Assembly (NCBI GenBank): GCA_002269645.1
Contig: NIVC01001975.1
Location: 1-64,000, forward strand
Reading direction: 5' to 3'
From: Macrostomum lignano
Taxonomy: Eukaryota
DNA: 64,000 nt
The notes beneath the pieces were generated by a model. The model saw only the letters and a list, made by a program, of their open reading frames with translations, had not been told where the DNA came from and did not search any database. Numbering within the stretch: the first letter of the stretch is position 1; each line of letters opens with the position of its first letter. Below, piece by piece: positions 37,138 through 49,998 of this stretch. The translations under genes and the position numbers were made by a program.

Positions 37138-37539
37138 ACATGTAATTGGGAAAGCTACTCTGAGAAAACTCAAATAAAAGTCCTAATTAACTCAGAAATC
37201 ATTCACAGATTATATAATTTGTAAATTTGGGAACAGTATAAGTTTAAGAAAATATTTTTAAAGATGCAAAAAAGAACGCAAAACTCACCCAGAGCGATGA
37301 GGCAAAATAGAAAGCAAAACCTTGCACTTGGCGACATGTTGCAGATCGAGACTTGGGGGGTCCTGTGTGACAAGCCAACTTAACAAGCAAAAAGCGAACT
37401 GAGGTTCTTTTAAAGCGTTGAAAAAGCGCTGCTTCAAGAAGAAAGTGTATGCAGCGGTTTTCTCTCTGGCCTAGCTTGTAGCAGCTAAATGCAGTCTCCT
37501 GCTTGGTCCCCATCTCCATCCAAGCCTGCGATTGGCTGG

Positions 37540-38365
37540 CTGAATTGGAGTGAACAGATCATTGAGATTGTGCTGATTGGAGTGAACAGAGCACTGAGAT
37601 GGTGCTGATTGGAGTGAACAGATCACTGAGATGGTGCTGATTGGAGTGAGTACAGCACTGAGATGGTGCTGATTGGAGTGAACAGATCACTGAGATGGTG
37701 CTGATTGGAGTGAACAGAGCACTGAGATGGTGCTGATTGGAGTGAACAGAGCACTGAGATGGTGCTGATTGGAGTGAACAGATCACTGAGATGGTGCTGA
37801 TTGGAGTGAACAGATCACTGAGATGGTGCTGATTGGAGTGAGTACAGCACTGAGATGGTGCTGATTGGAGTGAACAGAGCACTGAGATGGTGCTGATTGG
37901 AGTGAACAGATCACTGAGATGGTGCTGATTGGAGTGAGTACAGCACTGAGATGGTGCTGATTGGAGTGAACAGAGCACTGAGATGGTGCTGATTGGAGTG
38001 AACAGAGCACTGAGATGGTGCTGATTGGAGTGAACAGATCACTGAGATGGTGCTGATTGGAGTGAACAGAGCACTGAGATGGTGCTGATTGGAGTGAACA
38101 GAGCACTGAGATGGTGCTGATTGGAGTGAACAGAGCACTGAGATGGTGCTGATTGGAGTGAACAGAGCACTGAGATGGTGCTGATTGGAGTGAACAGAGC
38201 ACTGAGATGGTGCTGATTGGAGTGAACAGAGCACTGAGATGGTGCTGATTGGAGTGAACAGAGCACTGAGATGGTGCTGATTGGAGTGAACAGAGCACTG
38301 AGATGGTGCTGATTGGAGTGAACAGAGCACTGAGATGGTGCTGATTGGAGTGAGCAGAGCACTGA
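37540..38365. repeat. 32-bp minisatellite, about 26 copies
   Basis: CTGATTGGAGTGAACAGAGCACTGAGATGGTG units. Confidence 0.97.
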
Positions 38366-38743
38366 GCAGACTTAATTGGTAGCTGAGCAGTGGATTTCAT
38401 TTCAACTATATTCAAATTTGAAGAGATTTTAAAACAAATGCGAATCAAAGTTTCTGAGACAAACAAAGCAGTAAACTTTTGAAAACCGATTTTTATTGAA
38501 CTTGAAAAGTTTCAGTTGAAAAATTTAGTAACATGCGGGAAATAGCCACTCCAAGCTATTACTCGTATATTATAACAGCTCTCTTTTCCCTTGGCATATT
38601 AAATTTTTCATATTTTTATGCTACTGATATCCGCAGCTATTAGTAGTATCGAGATATTTTTTATCACTATGTGTGAACGATCCAGTTCAATGTCTAAGCT
38701 GTATTTATGAATCAAGATGCCTAAACAAGAAAGTTTTCTTTTA

Positions 38744-41700
38744 TCACGTGGGCTTCGCTTCAACCCGTTTTCGCCTGCAAAAGCAGTTAATAATACAATT
38801 GTGCAGCAATTCGACCAGCTCAAGCAGAGTCAGCAGAGAACAGCCCAGGAAGAGTCCCAGTAGGCCGCCGGTCTCCGCAAACAAATTGTTGAAGGTGTAG
38901 GCCAGAGTGACTCGCAGCTGATCGGTTTAGAAAATGCGAGTGGTGAACTGAAGTTTTCTGTTCAAAAAAATGCTTAGAAATCAATAAACAGGATAAAAAA
39001 CGGCAAGCAGTGAGGTAGTTGTAAATAAGGCAGATGGGTGAGGGCAGGGAGTGAGGTGGTTGTAAATAAGGCAGATGGGTGGGGGCAGGGAGTGAGGTGG
39101 TTGTAAATAAGGCAGATTGGGTGGGTGCAGGGAGTGAGGTGGTTGTAAATAAGGCAGATGGGTGGGTGCAGGGAGTGAGGTGGTTGTAAATAAGGCAGAT
39201 TGGGTGGGTGCAGGGAGTGAGGTGGTTGTAAATAAGGCAGATGGGTGGGTGCAGGGAGTGAGGTGGTTGTAAATAAGGCAGGGGATGGGGCAGGGAGTGA
39301 GTGGTTGTAAATAAGGCAAGGGATGGGGCAGGGAGTGAGTGGTTGTAAATAAGGCAGGGGATGGGGCAGGGAGTGAGGTGGTTGTAAATAAGGCAGATGG
39401 GTGGGGGCAGGGAGTGAGGTGGTTGTAAATAAGGCAGATTGGGTGGGGGCAGGGAGTGAGGTGGTTGTAAATAAGGCAGATTGGGTGGGTGCAGGGAGTG
39501 AGGTGGTTGTAAATAAGGCAGATGGGTGGGTGCAGGGAGTGAGGTGGTTGTAAATAAGGCAGATTGGGTGGGTGCAGGGAGTGAGGTGGTTGTAAATAAG
39601 GCAGATTGGGTGGGTGCAGGGAGTGAGGTGGTTGTAAATAAGGCAGGGGATGGGGCAGGGAGTGAGGTGGTTGTAAATAAGGCAGATGGGTGGGGGCAGG
39701 GAGTGAGTGGTTGTAAATAAGGCAGGGGATGGGGCAGGGAGTGAGGTGGTTGTAAATAAGGCAGGGGATGGGGCAGGGAGTGAGTGGTTGTAAATAAGGC
39801 AGGGGATGGGGCAGGGAGTGAGTGGTTGTAAATAAGGCAGGGGATGGGGCAGGGAGTGAGTGGTTGTAAATAAGGCAGGGGATGGGGCAGGGAGTGAGTG
39901 GTTGTAAATAAGGCAGGGGATGGGGCAGGGAGTGAGGTGGTTGTAAATAAGGCAGATGGGTGGGGGCAGGGAGTGAGGTGGTTGTAAATAAGGCAGATGG
40001 GTGGGTGCAGGGAGTGAGGTGATTGTAAATTAGGCAGGGGATGGGGCAGGGAGTGAGGTGGTTGTAAATAAGGCAGGGGATGGGGCAGGGAGTGAGGTGT
40101 TTGGAAATAAGTCTGAGGGGTGGGGCAAGGAGTGGGTGGTTGTAAATAAGGCCGAGGGGCGCTGGCTAGTTTCGAGATCAGAGCCAGCTAGAAAGGTTGG
40201 TGCTGACCGGAACTTTAGTTAAGACTCCGTACCTGATCGCTATTAGAGTGCCGACTGCTCAGCCTGACCAGAGAAACTTGGCTGCTTATCAGGCTCGCCA
40301 ACTTTTCAAGCTGTTGCGAGCTGGCGTTGGAGCCGGCCGCGTCTTTCTCGGCGTAGTAGATCTGGAAGAACGGCTTGTCGGTCAGGCTGTCTATGCGAGA
40401 GCGAATCATCTCCATCATGATGTCGGTGAAGGCGGCGAGAGGCCAATCGGAAACGGACCAGTCGATCTGTTAGGTTAATATTGGCATGCTCGTAAATCTA
40501 ATGGTTTTAGTGTGCGATCAAAGACAATTAGTTTGATTTAGACTGTTCTTTATGACCCGCAGGAAGCTGTCAGCAGCTCTCTATGGGAGAAAGCCTCTAC
40601 CCTGTAACTATCTAGAGCTCTACTAAGCTTTTCCTGCTAAGCGCAATACAGATAACCCAAAGTCACCGTATAGCTCAGAGAAGTGCACGGAGACTGATTC
40701 GAGCACGCATCAGACACTTGAGTTGAAATGGCCTTCAAAAGGTCCCTGTTTGCCAATTTCCTGGCCGTCAGGTTGTTCAGCTGATCAACAGTCAGCCCTG
40801 TGGCGTTGTGGCAGCTTCGCAGGTGTCTGAAAGCTGCCGTACGGGGCACCGCCTTGTCTGTGCAGTTCAGCAGGCTCTGCATTCTTCGGGCAAACTCTGA
40901 AATAGTTTTTGATGAGGTGATTGATAGTACCTAACCTGCTCAGGTTTCGAGACATTACTGATATCACTCATCCGATAATCACTCACCAGATAATCACTCA
41001 TCAGATAATCACTCACCAGATAATCACTCACCAGATAATCACTCACCAGATAATCACTCATCAGATAATCACTCACCAGATAATCACTCATCCGATAATC
41101 ACTCACCAGATAATCACTCATCAGATAATCACTCACCAGATAATCACTCACCAGATAATCACTCTCCAGATAATCACTCACCAGATAATCACTCACCAGA
41201 TAATCACTCATCCGATAATCACTCACCAGATAATCACTCACCAGATAATCACTCATCAGATAATCACTCATCAGATAATCACTCATCAGATAATCACTCA
41301 TCAGATAATCACTCATCCGATAATCACTCACCAGATAATCACTCACCAGATAATCACTCATCAGATAATCACTCATCAGATAATCACTCATCAGATAATC
41401 ACTCACCAGATAATCACTCATCAGATAATCACTCACCAGATAATCACTCATCAGATAATCACTCATCAGATAATCACTCATCAGATAATCACTCATCAGA
41501 TAATCACTCATCAGATAATCACTCATCAGATAATCACTCATCAGATAATCACTCACCAGATAATCACTCATCAGATAATCACTCACCAGATAATCACTCA
41601 CCAGATAATCACTCACCAGATAATCACTCATCAGATAATCACCCATTTGGTAATCACAGGTGCACTCAGGTATTGCAGACATTGCAGATAATCACAGACA

Positions 41701-42731
41701 AGCGACTCACCTGTATAATAGCAGAAAGCATCCGAGTAATTATAATCGTACAGGGAATCATCATAAGGATTAACAAACTGCACCCGGCTCTGCCTAGAGT
41801 TCGGCATGCACTGTCCAGCGAACTGGCTCTCCAGGTAAGACACCTGTTGCATAGTGATTCGAACCTCGGCCATTGTGCCCGACCTAATCAACAGGGAAGT
41901 GGACCAAGGTGTCGGATAAGTGCCCGGCTCGACTAGGAACAGCCGCAGGCCGCTCTCAACAAAGACGTTCCAGCCGAGATCCAGGCTCCATTCGGCCGGG
42001 TAGGCTTTGTGGATTCGGCCGAGCACGCTCAATGGAATGTACACCTGGTTGGAGTCGACCGTGTAGCTGAGCAGCTGCGAGTCCACGGTCAGCGCCAAGT
42101 GCAGGTAGGCGTCGGGCTGGCGAAGCCGAGCTGCAGCGGCCGAGTCGAGGCCGAGCCGGGCGCAGCGCAGGTAGGCGGGATGGTAGAAGTTGGAGAACTG
42201 CAGCCGGCCAGTCTGGTTATCTCGAATCGTACCGCTGACGTCGCCCTCGATGGAGGCGAAGGCGATCATCTGGCTGAGGCTGTGCCCCAGCAAGTCGGCG
42301 GCCAAGTTGAAAGGCAACGAATTGACGACGTACTTCAGCAGGTCTACGGGGGTCAGGCCAGTCAGGTTGTTCAGCGTGGCTAGCGTGGGCGCCAGCTGGC
42401 GGCGCAGGGCATCGGCTTGGACGGCGGAGAGGCCGACAGAGCGGCTGCCGGACACCGGGTTGCTGCCGCAGACGTACAGGTCAGGGAATCGGAAAGGAAC
42501 CTCGAACGCGTAGATAGCCGTGTCTCGTTTAGCACTGAGCAGTTTGGTCACGGCGTCGCTAAATGTGATGCCGAACCAGACTAGCAGGCCGAGGAAGCTG
42601 GAGAGCCACATCAGTTTGAGGTAGACTGGCCGATCGGAGCTCGATATCCTTGGCAAGCCGTGGGCCGTAGTTTCGGCCAGATAGGCGTGAAGCACTGCTG
42701 TCAGTGTCTTCGTCTTGGACTGTGTCGGCAT
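38744..42731 (-). CDS. DEG/ENaC (amiloride-sensitive Na channel family) subunit, about 552 aa; exons 41711-42731, 40667-40896, 40233-40466, 38744-38917
   Basis: TTAHGLPRI (HG motif), TM1, FPDLYVCGSNP, FYHPAYLRC, GLRLFLVEPG.YP, SDWP, and TM2 LFAETGGLLGLFLGCSLLTLLELVE. All three introns are GT-AG and phase-consistent (1,0,0). Confidence 0.93.
39005..40150. repeat. 38-42-bp minisatellite, about 28 copies, in DEG/ENaC intron 3
   Basis: GGGAGTGAGGTGGTTGTAAATAAGGCAGATGGGTGGGTGCA and variants. Confidence 0.97.
40965..41645. repeat. 15-bp minisatellite, about 45 copies, in DEG/ENaC intron 1
   Basis: GATAATCACTCA(C/T)CA units. Confidence 0.97.
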
Positions 42732-43044
42732 GCCTAACTCGAATACAGCCTTTAGCAACTTTGGAAGCGGAGCTCTGCAAGTTCCTGCGCGAGTCAACCG
42801 GTATTTACTGATCGGAACAGTTGGCCCCTGCAAGGTGTTGCAGGTGGTGGGGCTTTTGTAGGCAAATAGAGATATATCCTCACGACTGCGGAAAGCAGGT
42901 GCGTGTGCATAGAAGTCTCTCGAATCAATACACCAATCTGAGGGATTAGTAGATTCATATCGCTTTGGAATTATTGCACGGAGCAGCAGAATCTGGTTTT
43001 TTGAGTCACTTCTCAAAAATTGACTATCGTTAAGCATGTACACT

Positions 43045-43175
43045 TCACTGTGCCTTGGGGGTTGGCCCTCAAGGGTGTTAATTGTACGAGCAGAGCCAAG
43101 CCGAGATTCGAATTCAGCCTCAAATAAATGTGACTGCACTTGAAATCGAGCCTGGACCGCTGGGCTACATCCTCG
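43045..43175 (+). repeat. Dispersed repeat of about 130 bp; second copy at about 60808-60935
   Basis: CTGTG.CTTGGGGGTTGG..CTCAA...GTTAATTG.ACGA.CAGAGCCAAGCCGAGATTC...GACTGCACTTG.AATCGAGCCTGG.CCGCTGG is shared by both loci. Confidence 0.8.
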
Positions 43176-43601
43176 CACAACAGAGATTCGAACAACTGAA
43201 GTTTCTCTAGAACTCTGCTTTTTGCCGAGCATTTCATGAAAAAATCAGCTCGATAAACTTGCGAGTGCAACTCAAACGAAACAAACAAGCAACAAACACG
43301 GAGTATAAGTAGTCTGGTGCGAATAAATAGCTATTAATTAAGAAATAATCAAATCACAATACACTAAATCTCTAATGTTTGTTTGTTTGTTTGTATGTTT
43401 GTCCATAACGCTCTAGAGATTTCACTATTTCTATTTGCTGTCTAAATGAGCTTTTTCTTCGATGAATTAAGAAAGGCCTAGCGTTTGTATTGAGGGTCTC
43501 AGTTGACTTGCTCATTTAAAAAAAAATTAAGTTGCACTTGCTCTCGCGATCGAGGACCGAACAACTATTTTTCGTATAATATCTGCTACTTACGGGAGAC
43601 T

Positions 43602-45151
<1,550 letters not shown>

Positions 45152-45164
45152 TACGGGAGACTGC

Positions 45165-45885
45165 TTCTACCGATCGACCGAGGACTACTAGCGTCTGCTA
45201 CCGACCGAGGACTACTAGCATCTGTTACCGATCGAGGGTTATTAGCATTTGCTACCGATCGATGGCTACTAGCCTCTGCTACCGATCGAGGGCTAATAGC
45301 ATCTGCTACCGATCGAGGGTTATTAGCATTTGCTACCGATCGATGGCTACTAGCATCTGCTACCGATCGAGGGCTAATAGCCTCTGCTACCGATCGAGGG
45401 CTAATAGCCTCTGCTACCGATCGAGGGCTAATAGCCTCTGCTACCGATCGAGGGCTAATAGCCTCTGCTACCGATCGAGGGCTAATAGCCTCTGCTACCG
45501 ATCGAGGGCTAATAGCCTCTGCTACCGATCGAGGGCTAATAGCCTCTGCTACCGATCGAGGGCTACTAGCATTCGCTACCGATCGAGGGCTAATAGCATG
45601 CGCTACCGATCGAGGGCTAATCGCATCTGTTGCCGATCGAGGACTAATAGCCTCTGCTACCGATCGAGGGCTACTAGCATTCGCTACCGATCGAGGGCTA
45701 ATGGCATGCGCTACCGATCGAGGGCTAATCGCATCTGTTGCCGATCGAGGACTAATAGCCTCTGCTACCGATCGAGGGCTACTAGCATTCGCTACCTATC
45801 GAGGGCTAATAGCATGCGCTACCGATCGAGGGCTAATAGCCTCTGCTACCGATCGAGGGCTAATAGCATTCGCTACCGATCGAAG
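45165..45885. repeat. 27-bp minisatellite, about 26 copies
   Basis: CTACCGATCGAGGGCTAATAGCCTCTG units. Confidence 0.96.
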
Positions 45886-45889
45886 ACAA

Positions 45890-46720
45890 GTTATATTTTC
45901 GAAAGTCGCTACTGTTGCACGTTCGGTTTGTTGCCAGTCCATATTTGATAGTGTCACTTTGCTGACTGTACTGCGAAGGTATAGTGCAGTAGCCACAGCC
46001 TCAGCCCAGAATTCCTTGCCAAGACCAGCATGCGCAATCATTGACCTAGCTGCATCCACCAAGGTTGTGTTAATCCTTTCTGCAACTCCATTCTGTTCTG
46101 AGGAATATGGCACAGTAGTTTCATTAATTATTCCGTTTTGGAAACAGAAGGCTTCGAATTAGCCGGATGCATACTCTCCTCCATTATCAGTTCGATTAAC
46201 CTCTATAGATTTATCTGCTCAGTTTGTGACTAGCGCTTGAAAATTCTTGAGTTTGTCTAAAACTATCGACTTGTTTTTTTCAGAAAATCGACAGAACAGT
46301 AGCGCGAGCTGTCATCAGTGATGTGACAAAGCATTTCGCATCTCCAATTGATGTGGTTTGCATTGGGCCGCACACATCGCTGTGATTCAATAGTCCAATA
46401 GTCCGTTGGACATTAAGCTCTCGGCCTTCTTAAATGATTTTCTGTGCATTTGCTTTCCACGCATGCCTTACAAATTGAGGTGCCGACAGCCTGCATATTG
46501 CTCTTATTCAACAGCAACAACTAAACTTCCTCGAATAAGTCATTTTAGAGCTTGTTCACCCGAGTTTCCATAGCGCTGATGTCATAATTCAATTCTGTTG
46601 CATCTCGCGACAGTTGCTACTCCGTTAGCTATGGGAACTCCTTTGAGTTTGTAAAGTCTTCCAATTTTCATGGCTTCTCCAGCAACATTTCCACTTTTGT
46701 CGTCACGAACGAACTTTGTC
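45890..46720 (-). mobile_element. Ty1/copia integrase fragment (pseudogene)
   Basis: GRLYKL pre-integrase region, DVCGPM, RTDNGGE and PYSSEQNGVAERINTTLVDAARSM...FWAEAVATALYLRS. Confidence 0.88.
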
Positions 46721-47760
46721 GTTTCGACCACCGTCTGCCACAGCCAAGCCCTCTGGCGGTCAAGCAGCGCTTTGGATTGGAGGGCGGCACCAGACCGCCG
46801 AGGTAGGTGAACCGCTGGCAGCGTGCGAGCCTGCCCATCTGTGCCGCGGCACGTCAGGTCCGCTGGGATGTGGGCAGGCACACTCAGCACCTAGGTCTTC
46901 AGCGTGTTGACAACCAGACCGATGCTCGATGCCACCTCGACCAGCCTGTCGATCTGGCGCCTGGCGCCTTCAACGGACGAGGACAACAAGAGGGCGAGGT
47001 CGTCGGCGTAGCCAAGCATGCTCAGGCGCTTTTCGCCTATGCGTCTGCATCTGCGCCAAGGAGAGTGCAGTCCGAAGCAACCAGTCCAGCAGCACCATGA
47101 AGAGGAACGGTGCCAGCGTGTCGCCCTGCAGAACTTCTGATAAAGTGTCGAAAAGGTCAGACAGGCCATCCGCCGTCACCACAGTAGCTCGAGTGTCGCA
47201 ATATAGCGATATGAAGCGACGGTTGGCTGCTGTGGGACCCGGTGGCTCGAAGGACGAAGGGAAGCACGGCTCTCAACTCCGAGTCAAATGCCTTTCGAAA
47301 GTCAACGAAGGCAATGATCAGCGTAAGACTGCCGGATGCGCGCCTGCTCGATGACACGGCGGAGTGCGAGGATCTGTGTCATTGCACCGCTGCTTCCGTT
47401 CTGCTCGAACCACAGGTACGGGTCCAGCATCGACTGCAGGCGATCGAACAGCAGCCGGTTGAAGAGCTTCGCGATGCAAGACATCAGCGAGTTCCCACGG
47501 TGGTCTTCTTTCCGCGATGTCCCAGCCTTCTTCGGAATCGGCACGATGTGCGCGACGGTCCACTCGGTGGGCGCAGGAGCGCCGGAGAGCACGCGGTTTC
47601 ATGACGCCTGTGACCTGGGAGGCCACACAACGCTTCGACCGGGACTTCGTCGGGGCCGAGCGTCTTGCCGCCTGGTGTTTTCCGAGCGAACAGCACAACG
47701 TCGTCAGTGGTTATTGGGCCGCTGCAGAAGTCCTGTCTCAGCTTTCAGATCAGAAAAATG
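46720..47760 (-). mobile_element. RTE-like LINE reverse-transcriptase fragment (pseudogene)
   Basis: IVPIPKK, DHRGNSLMSCIAKLFNRLL, FVDFRKAFDS, VLQGDTLAPFLF, LGYADDLAL, GLVVNTLKT across frameshifts. A tiny second copy (GKEDHRGISL) lies at about 47925-47975. Confidence 0.88.
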
Positions 47761-49040
47761 ATCGTTTGGATCAATAAAAAATAATAACAATAAAACTCTA
47801 ACTGGCTTTTTTGATGCCTACTGGACTGGATATCAGAACGACCGACGCTCTACGACTGGATATATTTTCAAACTTATCAGAGTGACCGAGTTGCTGGAGT
47901 AGCAAGAAGCAGCAAACTGTTACAAGAGAAATCAGCGAGATCCCGCGATGATCTTCTTTCCCCGTTGTCCCTGAAAGGCACCTAATTCTTGCTTGAAAGG
48001 CAAATTGCAAGCTCCAAGAAATGCTGTTCGCTCATCCAGGAGAGATTATTAACTGTTAAATGATAACTGGCTACATATTGCGAAATGATTCATGATTGAC
48101 AGATGCCAATAACTACATTTATTTATTACCGTTTATTCACTTCAAAATTGCAATGTGATTATAAGTGACATTATCGTTAGTAAAATTTACAACTATACAA
48201 TGTAACATCCTTCATTAAAATGTGCCCGTTTTTCTGAAACCTTTTGATACTGCGTTATCGGCACGGATACTAGAACAACTAGATAGGCCACTCAGCACAT
48301 TTGCGTGCCAGCTACTTTCAGTTCAGTAGTAAGTTAAACAGAAACATTCTAATGTATTTTTAAAGACAAAGCTTATTTATTGGCTCTAACCCTTCCTAAG
48401 CTATTAAACCCTCAAACTCCTCATAGAACCTCTAACCCCGGCCCGCGACCTAATTTTATTACCTTCTTTGATTGTTCCGGCCTAAATCTGCCTTGTACAT
48501 TTCAGTGGCTAATGTACATTTTGTCTGAACTAATTAGCAAGCTGTTTACGTCTGCAAGCTTGGGCTTCTAAACTTATCAAAGTCATCTCAGCTGCCTTTA
48601 TTCTTATAAAATAGCTTATATATTCTTCTTTGCTACTGAACTGAAAGTAGAAAGCTGTTTTGCCAAGTATATATGCCAGAGTGGCCCATCTAGTTATTAT
48701 AGTATCTGTGGTTACCGGTAGTATGCAAATTAAGTGGGAGCGTTGTAGCTTGTAGGTTGTAAACGCATTGCTATACATAAAATCGCCAATTACTGATATG
48801 TTTAACTTTAATAAGCGAATACTTACTCCTTATCTAGAATATTCCAGACTGCTCCTTTTTAGTTCGCACAGTACTTACATATGACTGAATGCTCCGCAGT
48901 TACATAGAGTCATTTAAAGCAAAAAATAATTTGCAATACATTTATCAACTGTCCAGTTTCGAATCACTCCAGATGAACAACTGTGCTGTGAATAATTCAG
49001 CTAGGTGGGTCGCAGAGTCCGATTGCATTGAGTTGCTGTA

Positions 49041-49337
49041 ATGCTGTAATCTTCTACACCTCTGGATGGGTGTGCTGTAATCTTCTACACCTCCGGATGG
49101 GTGTGCTGTAATCTTCTACACCTCCGGATGGGTGTGCTGTAATCTTCTACACCTCCGGATGGGTATGCTGTGATCTTCTACACCTCCGGATGGGTATGCT
49201 GTGATCTTCTACACCTCCGGATGGGTATGCTGTGATCTTCTACACTTCCGGATGGGTATGCTGTGATCTTCTACACCTCCGGATGGGTATGCTGTGATCT
49301 TCTACACCTCCGGATGGGTATGCTGTAATCTTCTACA
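49041..49337. repeat. 31-bp minisatellite, about 9 copies
   Basis: TGCTGT(A/G)ATCTTCTACACCTCCGGATGGGT(G/A) units. Confidence 0.95.
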
Positions 49338-49998
49338 GGTGTGTCCAAAAGTGAGATTCAAAGTCGTGTTAGACCAGACTCGTTTCTGATTTCTTAATCT
49401 TTGTCAGCTGGTCAAGGCCTCCCCTGTGAACATGTACGTTCAAAGTTCTATTTAAGTATCAGTGAGCAAACTTCATGAACCGCTGATCTCCCAATATTTT
49501 GTGCACCAACCGCAGATCAATGTGGCCGCGAACAGAATCGAACCAACAGTTGTAGCGCGAGAGAGCCAGATCTGCCGCTGGGCTGCCCCGCCCCACAACA
49601 GAGTACACTTTAAACTATACTTTTGATTTTTTGTCAGTAATGCATTAGTAGAAACAATTTTCTTTTCCTTCTACTCGTAGAAACAGCCTAAGCAAGGACT
49701 TAGCCAAGGACCACTAGAAGTTACTGTTGTATCTGGACGCAACACTGGCAAATATTGTCATTCTAGTGGTCCTTGAACTAAGCATGTAGGCTTTGAATAA
49801 AAGACAGACAAAATTCCAAGATTTTTGCGCTTAACAGAGCGGAGAAGGGTTTTACAACAGTTGCTGCTACACTGAATCATTTTATTCATTATTTAATCAT
49901 TCATATCTGGATAGCAAAGCAGTCAACTATTAAACTGCACAGACGAATGCCCGTCTCAGAAGACGTCTCAGAAGACCCCATCACGCTCAACAGCTCAA

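Noticed and set aside
42732-43232. N-terminal 167-aa extension of the DEG/ENaC ORF
   Set aside because: It starts at a non-ATG codon and overlaps a dispersed repeat also found at about 60808. ATG 42731 gives a family-typical distance to the HG motif. A longer N-terminus is not fully excluded.
49334-49360. TACAGGTGTGTCCAAAA as a Tc1/mariner TIR
   Set aside because: No partner inverted repeat found nearby.
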